Positions 29,293 through 39,769 of a DNA stretch of 64,000 nucleotides are shown here, piece by piece. Position numbers and translations under genes: made by a program. Position 1 is the first letter of the stretch. Every line of letters begins with the position of its first letter. Under the pieces are notes generated by a model. It saw only the letters and a program-made list of their open reading frames with translations. It searched no databases and had not been told where the DNA came from. The stretch comes from a virus (taxonomy: Duplodnaviria; Caudoviricetes): IMG/VR virus record IMGVR_UViG_3300035675_000001. One strand, given 5' to 3'.

Positions 29293-29976
29293 ATGAAAAA
29301 GCTAACATTATTGCTGGTAACAGCGTTCCTATTCGTTCAAGCCGCGATGGTTCAAGCGGCCTCCTCCGTCACCCTCGCGTGGGACGCAAGTCCTGACGTG
29401 GGCGTGACCAACTACAACCTCTACTGGGGTCTCATGTCGGGCACCAATCACGCGACGACCAACACGGTGCTCACCGGCAACGTGACAGTCTATACGCTGA
29501 CCAATGCTTTAACCCAGCCCAACACCTACTGGTTCTACGTGACCGCCCTGGGCAGCGGGCTGGAGAGCGTGCCCTCCAACGAAATCCGCTACGCCCCGCC
29601 GTATCCGTCGCCGGACCAGATGGCTGGCTTCCGCTACACGACGTTCTGGCAAGGCAGAAATCCGTGGGTGCTGCAACTGGACTGGTTCGCGGTGACCAAC
29701 ATCCCGCTGGCCAACTACCGCATCTACTGGGGCCTGATGAACACCAACAACGGCACCCATACGACCACCAACATCTTGCCGGTCTCCGCGTCGCAGACCA
29801 CCTGCACCGTGAGCAACCTTATCACCGGCAACACCTATTGGTTCAGCGGAGCCGCCGTCTCGACCGACATGGTTCAAGGACCATACTCGGATGAGATTCG
29901 CTACTTCGTTTATCCGATTGCGCCAAGAGGCCCTGGGTCTTTCCGCCAGGTCATCACTGTGCAGCCCGGACAGTAA
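29293..29976 (+). CDS. Secreted protein with two fibronectin type III domains (227 aa)
   Basis: Signal peptide MKKLTLLLVTAFLFVQAAMVQA. VTLAWDASPD..VTNYNLYWG...YWFYVTA...ES.PSNEI occurs twice. Confidence 0.8.
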   Translation: MKKLTLLLVTAFLFVQAAMVQAASSVTLAWDASPDVGVTNYNLYWGLMSGTNHATTNTVLTGNVTVYTLTNALTQPNTYWFYVTALGSGLESVPSNEIRYAPPYPSPDQMAGFRYTTFWQGRNPWVLQLDWFAVTNIPLANYRIYWGLMNTNNGTHTTTNILPVSASQTTCTVSNLITGNTYWFSGAAVSTDMVQGPYSDEIRYFVYPIAPRGPGSFRQVITVQPGQ

Positions 29977-30674
29977 TGTGCCGGGATCAAATTCCAGTCT
30001 GCATCCAGTCCTGCTCGAAGGAGTTCGCCTTCGAGCGGCGAATGGCTTGCCTGGACACTTGGGTTCCGACGTTATCGTCGAAATTCTACCCCATCTTCCT
30101 GGTCGGCAACCCCGACCAGGAAGTTGATTACATCTTCAAGGAGCTAGGCCCTGGCTGCGGCAATTACCTCAGCGTCCGCTTCTGCGACGAGTGGTATGCG
30201 CTCTCCGGCAAGATGAGGCGCTGGTGGGTGTGGGCGCTGGAGCACTTCGACGCGCCCTGGTTTTTCAAGTGCGACGACGACAGCTACGTCAACGGCAGGC
30301 TGTTCAACGATTTCCCCTTTGAGCGTTACGACTACACCGGCCATTTCTACACCGAAACTTACGCCTGGAAGCAGAAACGTCCGCTGGTTGGCAGCGAGAT
30401 TCAATACAAGGCCCACGGCGCGGGCTACAGCCTTTCCCGGCGCTGCGCCAAGCTCGTGTCCGAGAAGCTGGGCGACTGGGAGCCTGGCGGCGAAGACGTG
30501 AGCACGGCCAGGACCATCTTCAACGGCATCCCCGACGTGGTGATCCACGACATGTGGGAACCGCGAGTCGCGCCCTGGGCCAGACTGAACATGCAGCCCG
30601 ACTGGTTGGTCGGCCACGAGATTCGGGGCATGGACATGATGCGCCAGGTTCACCGGAAGGTAGTTAATCCGTGA
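29976..30674 (+). CDS. GT31/Fringe-like glycosyltransferase (galactosyltransferase family)
   Basis: WFFKCDDDSYVN (DDD motif), YTG, GAGYSLSR, GEDV and C-terminal H. Confidence 0.8.
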   Translation: MCRDQIPVCIQSCSKEFAFERRMACLDTWVPTLSSKFYPIFLVGNPDQEVDYIFKELGPGCGNYLSVRFCDEWYALSGKMRRWWVWALEHFDAPWFFKCDDDSYVNGRLFNDFPFERYDYTGHFYTETYAWKQKRPLVGSEIQYKAHGAGYSLSRRCAKLVSEKLGDWEPGGEDVSTARTIFNGIPDVVIHDMWEPRVAPWARLNMQPDWLVGHEIRGMDMMRQVHRKVVNP

Positions 30675-32140
30675 GACTAAAGACGACCTCGCTCAAGCGC
30701 GGCCTGCTCCTCTATCACGGCACCAGCTCGCCGGATTTTGACGAGCGGGCTGGCAGCCTCGCTTTCCCTGCCTGGTTCAGCGAGAAGGAGCGCGTCGCCC
30801 GCTACTTCGTCAACTGGCATGGTGAGCCGGAGCCTTACCCCTACAACGAGGAGCTGCCAAGCTCCGCCCGCATTATTGTTTACAAAGTCTCTCAGCCCAT
30901 CAAGGTGCTCCTCATCCCGGACGGCGAGACGATGGATTACATCCGCGACGAGATGGCGATGGCCGACGACGTTGAAACCCTGGCCGACTGGTGCTGCTCC
31001 AACGGCTACAACGGCTGGGTCATCCCCAACAACTACCCCGCCGAGGGCGGCAGCGACATCATGCTCTGCCGAGACGAGGGCCTGGAGTATGTTGAGACCA
31101 AGGCCCTCAACGAGAGCGCCGAAGACTTCGACAGCAAGGATGTCAGCGAGCCGGACCCGGTGGGGCTGGTTCACAGCATCATCCAGAACGCCGGGATCAC
31201 CGACATCAACGTGAAGCGCACAGGCCGGTCCATGATATTCGACGGCATCCTGGGCCGGTATCCCACGCACACCAGGGACGGCACCAAGATCGAGGTCGCC
31301 GACCTGTGCTACGCCCAGCAAATCTCCTGGAAGATCGCGGAGCTGCCCCAGGTCGAGAAGTGTAACGCGACCACCAACCGGCTGCCGGACGGGCGCAAGA
31401 CGGCTCACTTTTGGGTGCTCTGGCGCGAGGAGACCAACGCGCAAATCCAGATGGAGGCAGAAGAAATTGTAAACAATCTCATCGAGGCCAACAGCGCCCA
31501 CCTGGAGATGGCCACGCGAGCAGCCCGCTGGATTTACCAGCACGACCCTGACTTCTTCGAGGGCGGCTGCGGCGATGTCAACCACGTCATCAAGAAGTTC
31601 CTGGAGACCCAGCAGGTGCCCGTTCGCCTGCTCACCGGCTATGCCGTCTTCGCCCGCGAGAAGGTGCCTCATGCCTGGCTAGAGATTGACGGCCAACAGT
31701 TTGACCCGGTTTACACGCTCCAGCGCATCGTGCCCAAGAGCTACGTGCCCAAGCCAATGGACCTGGGCGACTTCGGGGTGGACGAGGAAAGCGGCTACCA
31801 CGACGAATTAGTCCAGCAGCTCCAGCAGGCCGTGACCCTGGGCGAGAGCGAGGAGGAAGACGACTTCAAGGATGCCTGGAAGGAGCCGGACGCCTGGGAA
31901 TGGATGCGCGACACCTTGCCCGGCCTGGGCTTCCAGTATGAAGACATGGGCATCAAACACTGGTGGAAGAAGGCCAAAGGCGGCAAGCGCGTGCGGGTAT
32001 CCGGCGCAACCAACCCAGGCTGCGTCAACATCTACCGGGAATACATGAACTGGCACATGCAGTGGACCGATGAGGATGCAGAAGTCCAGGTGCCGGTAGA
32101 GCGAGCGTTGGACGTGATCCGCCGCTACGGAGCACTGTAG
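30671..32140 (+). CDS. Tagged polyprotein E (489 aa) with ART-like and papain/transglutaminase-like domains
   Basis: LLYHGTS...PAWFS...A.YF...GYNGW, then LNE|SAEDFDSKDV, GGC...PHAWLEIDGQQFDP and LGE|SEEEDDFKDA. Confidence 0.7.
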   Translation: MRLKTTSLKRGLLLYHGTSSPDFDERAGSLAFPAWFSEKERVARYFVNWHGEPEPYPYNEELPSSARIIVYKVSQPIKVLLIPDGETMDYIRDEMAMADDVETLADWCCSNGYNGWVIPNNYPAEGGSDIMLCRDEGLEYVETKALNESAEDFDSKDVSEPDPVGLVHSIIQNAGITDINVKRTGRSMIFDGILGRYPTHTRDGTKIEVADLCYAQQISWKIAELPQVEKCNATTNRLPDGRKTAHFWVLWREETNAQIQMEAEEIVNNLIEANSAHLEMATRAARWIYQHDPDFFEGGCGDVNHVIKKFLETQQVPVRLLTGYAVFAREKVPHAWLEIDGQQFDPVYTLQRIVPKSYVPKPMDLGDFGVDEESGYHDELVQQLQQAVTLGESEEEDDFKDAWKEPDAWEWMRDTLPGLGFQYEDMGIKHWWKKAKGGKRVRVSGATNPGCVNIYREYMNWHMQWTDEDAEVQVPVERALDVIRRYGAL

Positions 32141-32147
32141 TTAGGAC

Positions 32148-32819
32148 ATGAAGCGCAGTATCCAGGAAATCGGTATGGAAGGCTTTGACGATCCAGGCCC
32201 TCAGCCCAACAAGTGGGCGGGCCGGATGAAGTGGAAGCCGCACGGCAACCCGCGCCTCCATCCCGACGAAGAAGCCGCCTTGGCCCAAGGCCAGCCCGGC
32301 GACATGCCGGAGCCGACCGACATCTCGGCTGACGATCTCCTGGACCGTCCTCCCACCGTCGCCCCTCACGTTTCCAACGTCCAGCCCGTCCGTGGCGGCT
32401 TGGAAGAACCAGGGACCGCAGTCCCGATCAGGCAAAAGAGCCGGTTCGATCTGCCCAAGCCGCAGATGGAGCCGATGCGCTTTGCCGGAGCTGCCGACAT
32501 CGACCGGCTGATGGCTGAGATCAAAGCCGAAGAAGCGAAACCACCGCATCAGCAGAACGCGGCCAAGATCGCTCAGCTCAAAGCCGACGCGATGGAGCTG
32601 ATGTCCCAGGAAGAATCCCAGCGGGTCCAGCGCATGGCGGACAGGCTGATTCCCCGCGTGGACGAAGTGAAGATTTACGCCACGAGCACCAAGCCGTATC
32701 CCGGCTCAACTTCCCGTGAAAAGGAAGCGCCCGCCAAGCCCAAGGCAGGCTGGCAGAAGCTCTGTCGCCACTGCGGCAAACCGAGCGGCACCAAAGACGT
32801 TTGCGGCTGCCGAGATTAA
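32148..32819 (+). CDS. Hypothetical Pro-rich protein with C-terminal Zn ribbon
   Basis: CRHCGKPSGTKDVCGC. GTAGTTA lies 4 nt upstream of the ATG. Confidence 0.55.
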   Translation: MKRSIQEIGMEGFDDPGPQPNKWAGRMKWKPHGNPRLHPDEEAALAQGQPGDMPEPTDISADDLLDRPPTVAPHVSNVQPVRGGLEEPGTAVPIRQKSRFDLPKPQMEPMRFAGAADIDRLMAEIKAEEAKPPHQQNAAKIAQLKADAMELMSQEESQRVQRMADRLIPRVDEVKIYATSTKPYPGSTSREKEAPAKPKAGWQKLCRHCGKPSGTKDVCGCRD

Positions 32820-33070
32820 GTTCCAGGAGGAACGACCTTCTCCGGCTTGCGGCCCTCGAAGATTTGGAGGCGGATGCTCTCCGGCAAGCCTTCATTCCCG
32901 CCCGCCCAGTGAAGCTGTAGCTGGTTCAACCAGGTCAGCACTCCCACTGTTTCCTGGAGCGACTTCTTCTCGTCGTCATTCAGGATGGGGTTGGTTCGGA
33001 GGACGCCGGAGATCACGTCCGCCTGCTTTTTGAAGGGCGTCTTTGTAAACTTTTGCTCTTTGACTGGCAT
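32816..33070 (-). CDS. Small hypothetical protein (84 aa; start ATG 33070)
   Basis: CGTTCT lies 9 nt upstream of the ATG. Confidence 0.45.
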   Translation of the reverse strand: MPVKEQKFTKTPFKKQADVISGVLRTNPILNDDEKKSLQETVGVLTWLNQLQLHWAGGNEGLPESIRLQIFEGRKPEKVVPPGT

Positions 33071-33169
33071 ACACCAGGAAGAACGGCTTTCAGCGAGCTG
33101 GTTTGGGATGCAACTATTTTGTTTACATTTTCGATTGAGCGTGGGATATTGCCCTGGAAATCGTTCTGT

Positions 33170-33526
33170 ATGAAACTGAAACTGACCATACTTGCTGTGG
33201 GTTTGCTCGCCTCCGGGTGCGCGAACCAGTATTACACCGGGGCGTCCGGTCCAGGCCATGCCCAGCTCATGGAGAGCGGGCCGATGACTCTGGTCAACAA
33301 CACGCCCTGCCGCCTCAACGTCACCATCGACAGCGCCCTGGTTTACACCAACGTCGCTCCGGGCCAGACGGTTCCGATCCACGGCTCGGCCTGGGTGCCC
33401 AGGACGCCGGTGATTGTGACCGGCTACGACGACAAGGGCAAATACGTCGGGGCCAACGACTGGATATTCTACAACGGCCAGGCGCAGGTGTGGAGGGTCG
33501 AAGAACTCAAGAAGCCTACTTACTGA
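33170..33526 (+). CDS. Lipoprotein (118 aa)
   Basis: MKLKLTILAVGLLASG|C lipobox. Confidence 0.7.
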   Translation: MKLKLTILAVGLLASGCANQYYTGASGPGHAQLMESGPMTLVNNTPCRLNVTIDSALVYTNVAPGQTVPIHGSAWVPRTPVIVTGYDDKGKYVGANDWIFYNGQAQVWRVEELKKPTY

Positions 33527-33527
33527 T

Positions 33528-35088
33528 ATGCGAGTCCTTGTCGTTGACGAAGCCGCCAAAGCACGAGCCGCCGCGTTGCGGGAATACGTGCTGGCGCACA
33601 AAGAAAACCTGAACAGCCTGGTGGAGCGGATGAGCCGCAGAGGCCCGGTCCCCGGCGACAACCCCAACTTTGTCCTGGAGCTGTTCGACGGCTGGCGAGT
33701 CGTCATGACCCTGGAGCAGCAGCCGCCTCCCCCGGACGGACCAGGCTGGTGCTACCACATCTCGATCTCGGTCGCGCCCCGGCGCGGCGGGGGCGGCGGA
33801 GGCTACCCCAACCCCATCGCCATCGAGCACCAACTGCTGCCGCTCCTGGGCATCAAGGGCACCATCAAAGATGCCGTCAACAGCAAGACGGTCGGCAACG
33901 TCGTCGAGCTATGGTTCAAATACGAAGGCCCGGAATGAGCACCAAGACGTTTGTCGGCATCGGCATCGTCGGCCTGTTCGTCCTGTTCGTGCTGGAGCAT
34001 TACCAGCGAAAGCCCGCTGAGCCGGTCAAGGCTGTATCGACGAATACGACCTCGACCAACAACCCCTATCTCCAGGCCGCGCTGAGCAACGCCCTGATGC
34101 GCGTCCGGGCTGATCTCGCCAAGGAGACCAACGCCGCTGAGATCGCCAAACTCCGGGCTGCGGAGCACTCGATAACGAACACGCTGAAATGAATCTGCCC
34201 GACCTCATCGACATCACTGGACCCCAGGTGGTGGAAGTCCAGGTGAGCCACGACTGCCGCAAGCTGTGGATCAACGTCAACGGCAAGTGCGTGCTGCGCT
34301 GCTGCCAGATTGAAAACCTGGTGACCGAATCCCTCGACCAAAAACCTGTTCTATCTGAGGATGCGAATGCTGCCACAGGAAATACCGAAGACCATCCGCC
34401 AGGCAATGGCGATGGCCAACTACAAGAAAGCCGAGCCTGAGATCAGGTTGGCTTTCATGATCGGTTACCTCTGTGGTGCCGGTGTCTCCAGTCAGATGCG
34501 AGGGAAAGGCCCCAATGCTTTCCGCAGATGGCTGGTGAGCAGGCACAAGGAGGTTGACAGCCTGTGTGCAGAGTTCGACGAGGCCCTGTTGAGAGATGTT
34601 GCCGTCCACTTGGCCACGTTCCAGGCAAAAAAGGCAGCACAGAAAAACTGAACTATGAACGGACAAATCCCAGTCATTCAACGCCCGGTCCAACTCGATG
34701 TCGTCAAAGTCAGCGACACGAAGGAAATGGAGACCGAGATCAACAAGCGCCTCAAAGACGGCTTCCTGTTCCACGGGGACATGAAGATCGTGACGGTGGG
34801 CGGCGAGCTGGTTTACATCCAGGCGATGGTCAAAACCGAAATCGTGCCCATGCAGATGCCCCGTGGTTCGGGCAGCAACATCCTGGTCCCGCAGTGAGGC
34901 TGAACGAGATCATCACCAGCCGCACCAACGGCAAGCAATACCGCGTTACCCGCATTTCAGAGACGCACATCTGGATTCGATGGGTAGCTTACGGCGACCG
35001 CCGTGGGCTATCCCATCGTCTCCTGCGGGAATACGTGGAGGAAAACTATGACCGACCCAACAAGGAATCCCATGCTGAGCGACGCTGA
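33528..35088 (+). CDS. Run of small coupled hypothetical ORFs (33528-33938, 33935-34192, 34189-34440, 34361-34651, 34655-34897, 34894-35088)
   Basis: Abutting or ATGA/GTGA-overlapping ORFs. One (33935) has an N-terminal TM helix. Confidence 0.5.
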
Positions 35089-35323
35089 AATCGAGAATCG
35101 TTTCACCTACCACAAGCCAGTCGGTGACCAGCCCCAACGCTACGAAGCCCTGCGGAACAAGGCCAAGGAACTGGCCCTCATGATCCGCGACCTGTGCCCG
35201 GACAGCCGCGAACGCAGCCACGCCCTGACGCAGCTTGAGGACACGGTGATGTGGGCCAACGCCTCCATCGCCCGCAGCAAGCCCGTCGATCAAACCCCGC
35301 CCCTGCCTGGCCTGGTTTCGTGA
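35048..35323 (+). CDS. Acb2/Tad1-like helical-hairpin protein (putative cyclic-nucleotide sponge)
   Basis: RFTYHKP.GDQ..RYE.LR.KAKELA..I..LCPDSRERS.A.T.LE..VMWANASIAR. The SRE..A.T.LE..MW segment resembles Tad1 SRENACALTHVEEALMW. Confidence 0.65.
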   Translation: MTDPTRNPMLSDAEIENRFTYHKPVGDQPQRYEALRNKAKELALMIRDLCPDSRERSHALTQLEDTVMWANASIARSKPVDQTPPLPGLVS

Positions 35324-36359
35324 GCGCCTGCAAGCACCACTGGGTCCACCTGGAGACCAAGCAGGAGCACAGCAGCTCCGGCTATGGAGAGTTCCATCGC
35401 CGCGACGTGTATCACTGCGACAAGTGCCTGGAGCTGGCCGTGAAGGAGCAGTATTACTACGGCAAGGGAGGCGGCGATACCCATGTGCCGGACTGGTTCA
35501 CCGGCCCGGTCCCTGGACGTGGCAACCGCTACTGATATGCCTGACATCAAAAACGTGAAGGTTGGCCAGACGCTCTACACGGTGCGCCGTGAGCAGGCTG
35601 GCAACACCACCATGCGTCGCACGGCGATCCACTCGGTCACCGTGAAGGAGATTGACCCGCAACTGCGCTGGGTCTTGGCCTCCTGGAATTACAACCCCGC
35701 CCAAAAATACTATGCCCGCCACGTCCGCCAGTGGAAAGTCAACGACCCGCGTAAAAGAGGTCAAGCTCAACCTGGTGTCCACGCCGATCAAAGCCCGGAC
35801 ACGAAAGCTCGTGTGGAAACCAAAACCCCCGACTGGACCTGACCCAATCAAGCCGGAGCAATACCTCGGCTCCTGGGGCACGACCTATAACGCCGAGGGC
35901 GCACGCGCCTGCGGCTACATGTGCCTGCCGGTCCTCCAGGACTTGTGGGGCCGCAAACTCGACGAGGTTGTCATGGCCTACGTCCACGCGCTCCGGCCCA
36001 GTATGGTCCGCATCGCCGACAAGGGCATCAAGCTCGACTCCCGACGCTGGCGCGTCACCATTTGGGTGCGGAAGCACGGACGCAGCCGCTTCGTCAACCG
36101 CATCGAGCAGGAGGTCGAAGTGCTGCTGCCCGAAGGCGTGGCGCACGGTGACGCTCTCCGCCTGGCCCGGCGCTACGGCATCAACTCTCCCCAGGTGAAA
36201 TGGCACCGGGACGCGACCGGCTACACGATGATGTCGGCCTCCCTGGGCGGCGGCTACTGGAAGACCACGGAGAAAGGCTCCGTGAAGTGGAAGTTCAAAC
36301 AAGGCAAACCCAACCCCAAACTCTGGCACAATGCGCGAATTACAAGCTCTCGGCGTTAA
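35320..36359 (+). CDS. Three small hypothetical ORFs (35320-35535 Zn-binding; 35537-35842; about 35775-36359)
   Basis: Coupled ORFs. Start of the third is uncertain. Confidence 0.4.
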
Positions 36360-36966
36360 GAACATCACGGACAAGGCCGACGTTCACCACTCCTTCAAGG
36401 GAGTGAGCTACCTGGATGTTTACGAATCCTACTTCGCGCCAGTGCGCGAACAGACGCGGGTAGTCCTGGAGCTGGGCGTGCTGGCGGGCCACTCGCTCAT
36501 GACCTGGCGCGACTACTTCCCGAACGCCGAGGTTTGGGGCATCGACATCGACCCGGCCTGCAACATGAACCACGGCCCGCGCACCCATGTCGTGACCGGC
36601 AGCCAGGCCGACCCGGAAGCCATCGCCAAGGCCGCGCCCGGCCAGGAGTTCGACATCGTGGTGGATGACGGCAGTCACCTGGTCGTCCACCTGATCGAGA
36701 GCTTCAAGCTGATCTGGCCCCGCGTCAGGCCGGGCGGTTACTACGTGATGGAAGACCTGGGTTGCACCTACTTCGACACCACGCCCTGGTCGAAGGTCTG
36801 GCCGGGCCAGCACTACAACCCGGAAGGCACCGACTTCAACAACAACCGGGCCAAGCTCAACGAGTTCTTTTTCTCCCTCATCCAGCCATTGGACGGCCTC
36901 TACGGGGACGTGCGCTTCGTCCACTTCCATCCCATGCAATGCTTCATCAGGAAGGTGGAGCTGTAG
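36331..36966 (+). CDS. Class I SAM-dependent sugar O-methyltransferase (MycE/TylE-like)
   Basis: YLDVYE.YF...VLELGV..G.SL..WRDYFPNA.VWGIDI...GSQAD...FDIVVDDGSH...GGYYVMEDL. Confidence 0.85.
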   Translation: MRELQALGVKNITDKADVHHSFKGVSYLDVYESYFAPVREQTRVVLELGVLAGHSLMTWRDYFPNAEVWGIDIDPACNMNHGPRTHVVTGSQADPEAIAKAAPGQEFDIVVDDGSHLVVHLIESFKLIWPRVRPGGYYVMEDLGCTYFDTTPWSKVWPGQHYNPEGTDFNNNRAKLNEFFFSLIQPLDGLYGDVRFVHFHPMQCFIRKVEL

Positions 36967-37222
36967 TTACTTTGGCAGTTAGCTGCGAGTGTTTGTGCAT
37001 CACTCGCGTTGTCTAAACCAAAGCCAGCCGCCTGGCCCTCACCTGGCGGCTGGTCCTAAACAGTTGACAGATAAGCAGAAAGACATACTCAAAGTAGCCC
37101 TGGCCTGGACCGTCATTATCGGCTTGGAGGTCGGTTGGATCATCTACCTGTTCGTTTTCGGAGGCCCCCTTCCCTGGCTGGACAAGCCCTAAAAATAATT
37201 TCACTTTTTTGCACTATCCCTC

Positions 37223-37251
37223 TTGACGTGGGACTCGGTTTCGTTTACATT
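37223..37251 (+). promoter_or_regulatory. Sigma70-type promoter TTGACG-N17-TACATT
   Basis: Exact 17-nt spacer ending TCGTT. ATG lies 10 nt downstream with no SD. Confidence 0.8.
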
Positions 37252-37261
37252 CATCACCAGA

Positions 37262-39034
37262 ATGAATGCTACGAACATCACAGTCGAGTCACTGGAAGCC
37301 CTCCTTCACTGGAGCAAACCCACCATCGTCACCAACGCTCGCGGCGTCCGCCAGCTCCGCACTGCCGCTCCCCACGGCCAGTTCTGGTCCCTGTGGCGCA
37401 GCAGCAAACCCGCCCTCCAGGCCCTCGGCGTCAGCCCGAAGCTGGACGGCGACACCTGGATCATCAACTGGTATCAAGACCCGCCCCAGGCTGCCGCCGC
37501 TGCCGCCCGCCCCTTCGTCCTTCCTGAGACCAAGTATGCCTGGTCCGACGAGCAGGTCGCCATCTTCAAGTGGTTCCACTCCGGCACCGGCTCCCTCGTA
37601 GTTCGCGCCCGCGCTGGCACGGGCAAGACCACCACCATCAAGGCCGCGTTCAGCGTCGCCCCCGAAGAAAAGATGCTCTACGCCGTGTTCAACAAGAAGA
37701 ACCAGGTCGAAGCCGCCCAGGCCATCACCGACCCCCGCGTCGAGATCAAGACCCTCCACAGCATCGGCTTCATGTTCATCCAGCAGGTCTGGCCGCAGTC
37801 CAAGCCCACCGACGACGTTGAGATCGACCGCGTGGAGAAGATCGTCGGCGAGCAGCAGCCCAAGGAAGTGAAGACCCAGGTCAAGAAGCTCGTGGCCTTC
37901 GCCAAGAACACCCTCATCAACCCGACCCTGGAGGAGATGGTTGACCTCGCCGAAGAACGCGACATCGAGTGCGCCAACTTCGAGGCCCCGGAGAACGGCG
38001 GCTGGAACCGCATCATGCTCGCCCGCGCTGCCCTCCGCGTGATGGAGCTGTCCAAAGTCCGCGACGCCCAGGGCCGCATCAGCTTCAACGACATGGTTTG
38101 GCTCCCGGTCGCCATGAACTGGACCCGCGCCTGGTTCGACCTCGTGGTTGTGGACGAAGCCCAGGACATGAACCTGCCGCAGCTCACGATGGCCAAGGCC
38201 GCGTGCAAGCACGGTGGTCGGGTGTGCGTGGTGGGCGACGACCGCCAGGCCATCTATGGTTTCCGTGGCGCGGTCAGCGACGGCATGGACATGATGCGCC
38301 GGACCCTCAACGCCGCCGAGCTGGGCCTGACCATCACCTACCGCTGCCCCAAGAAGGTTGTGGCCCTCGCCGCCGCCATCGTCCCCGACTACCGCGCTGC
38401 TGACGCCGCCCCCGAAGGCGAAGTGCTCTCCTGCGAAGCCACGGCCATCAACGCGCAGGTTGTGGTGGGCGACGCGATCCTCAGCCGCTCCAACGCCCCG
38501 CTGATGCCGCTGTGCCTCTCCCTCCTCCGCAAAGGCATCCCGGCCCGCATCGAAGGCCGCGACCTGGGCAAAGCCCTCCTGGACATCGTGGAGAAGCTGA
38601 ACGCCCGCAGCGTCCCCGACTTCCTCCGCAAAGTCGAGCACTGGGCCGAGAAGCAGACCAACCGCTTCATGGACACCAAGCACTTCGAGGAGAAGGCCGA
38701 ACAGATTCAGGACCAGGCCGAAACCCTCCGCGCCATCGCCGAAGGCGCGAGCAGCGTCACCGAGGTCAAGAACCGCCTGACCTCGCTGTTCCAGGACACC
38801 GACGCGAACAGCAAGCCGACCGTGACCCTGAGCACGACCCACAAGGCCAAGGGCCTGGAGTGGACGAAGGTTTACATCCTGACCAAGACCTTCAACAAGA
38901 AGCGCCCCATCAACGCCGCGCCCCAGTCGCCCGAAGCCGCCGCCCAGGAGGCCAAGGAGCAGGCCAACATCTACTACGTGGCCATCACCCGCGCCAAGAT
39001 GACCTTGGTGCTCGCCAACGGGGACGTGCGGTAA
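37262..39034 (+). CDS. Superfamily 1 (UvrD/Rep-like) helicase with extra N-terminal domain
   Basis: RARAGTGKTT, LVVVDEAQD, VGDDRQAIYGFRGA, TYRCP, STTHKAKGLEW, YVAITRAK. Confidence 0.92.
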   Translation: MNATNITVESLEALLHWSKPTIVTNARGVRQLRTAAPHGQFWSLWRSSKPALQALGVSPKLDGDTWIINWYQDPPQAAAAAARPFVLPETKYAWSDEQVAIFKWFHSGTGSLVVRARAGTGKTTTIKAAFSVAPEEKMLYAVFNKKNQVEAAQAITDPRVEIKTLHSIGFMFIQQVWPQSKPTDDVEIDRVEKIVGEQQPKEVKTQVKKLVAFAKNTLINPTLEEMVDLAEERDIECANFEAPENGGWNRIMLARAALRVMELSKVRDAQGRISFNDMVWLPVAMNWTRAWFDLVVVDEAQDMNLPQLTMAKAACKHGGRVCVVGDDRQAIYGFRGAVSDGMDMMRRTLNAAELGLTITYRCPKKVVALAAAIVPDYRAADAAPEGEVLSCEATAINAQVVVGDAILSRSNAPLMPLCLSLLRKGIPARIEGRDLGKALLDIVEKLNARSVPDFLRKVEHWAEKQTNRFMDTKHFEEKAEQIQDQAETLRAIAEGASSVTEVKNRLTSLFQDTDANSKPTVTLSTTHKAKGLEWTKVYILTKTFNKKRPINAAPQSPEAAAQEAKEQANIYYVAITRAKMTLVLANGDVR

Positions 39035-39041
39035 CCCAACC

Positions 39042-39065
39042 AGGGGGCGGGGCAACCCGCCCCCT
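39042..39065 (+). terminator. Perfect 10-bp GC hairpin with GCAA tetraloop after the helicase gene
   Basis: AGGGGGCGGG-GCAA-CCCGCCCCCT. No strong U-tract, so it may be a stabilising or processing stem rather than a terminator. Confidence 0.55.
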
Positions 39066-39079
39066 CAACTCTTACACCT

Positions 39080-39769
39080 ATGATTAAACGCAAGATCACA
39101 GCCCCGGCGATGAAGAACCGCCAGGGCCTCCGCGTCGGCAAGACCATCCTGGAAGTGACCTACTTCGAGGACCGAGTGGGCGTGCCCTGGGCCGAGATGC
39201 GGCCCCTGGTCGCCTCCGCCTTCCGCCACGTCCAGAAGGAAGCCTTCCGCGACCACGGCACCGAGTTCATTCGCCGGTCCCGCGCCTGGAACACGACGCT
39301 CTTTCTCCACAAGAGCAGCCGTGGCTGGTGGGGCCGCAACGTCGGCAGCCGCTCGCGGGTCTTCATCGGCCCGCTCCACCCGGAGCCACGCCAGACCGTC
39401 TATCCCAAGTTCAAGGACATGCCCGTGTTCTGGCACATGGACTGGCGGGAGCACCTGGTCGGCCTCGTGGCGCACGAGCTGTGGCACCGCTGGCAGCCCG
39501 GCCACGGCAAGCCCGCCGAGATGATGTGCGAGACCGTCGAGCAGGACGCCATCGACACCTACCGGCGCGAGCAGGGTTACACCTTCAAGCCAGTGACCGT
39601 TCACCACGAGCCGGGCGAGTTCGCCCGCTGCCCCCAGGAAAGTTGCGTGGATTGCAGGCAGCCCACGCCCTACTGGATGGAGGACCAGCACACCCCGCTG
39701 TGCCAGGGCTGCTGCGACAAGCGCAACCTGGCGATGGCCAAGGCAGCCCGGAATGGAGGCCAGCCGTGA
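39080..39769 (+). CDS. HExxH zinc-metalloprotease-like protein with C-terminal Zn finger
   Basis: LVAHELWHRWQ; CVDC...CQGCC. Confidence 0.5.
   Translation: MIKRKITAPAMKNRQGLRVGKTILEVTYFEDRVGVPWAEMRPLVASAFRHVQKEAFRDHGTEFIRRSRAWNTTLFLHKSSRGWWGRNVGSRSRVFIGPLHPEPRQTVYPKFKDMPVFWHMDWREHLVGLVAHELWHRWQPGHGKPAEMMCETVEQDAIDTYRREQGYTFKPVTVHHEPGEFARCPQESCVDCRQPTPYWMEDQHTPLCQGCCDKRNLAMAKAARNGGQP

Noticed and set aside
33102-33129. Fourth TACATT promoter (TTGTTTACATT at 33119)
   Set aside because: No TTGAC -35 at 17 nt, so it is kept only as a GTTTACA motif instance.
36971-36987. Possible sigma-54 promoter TGGCAGTTAGCTGC
   Set aside because: GG-to-GC spacing is 9 nt instead of the required 10. TGGCAC at about 60824 lacks the -12 element.
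15394-39034. Inteins or introns in terminase or helicase
   Set aside because: Both have normal length and continuous motif order, with no C...HN splice motifs or LAGLIDADG insert.
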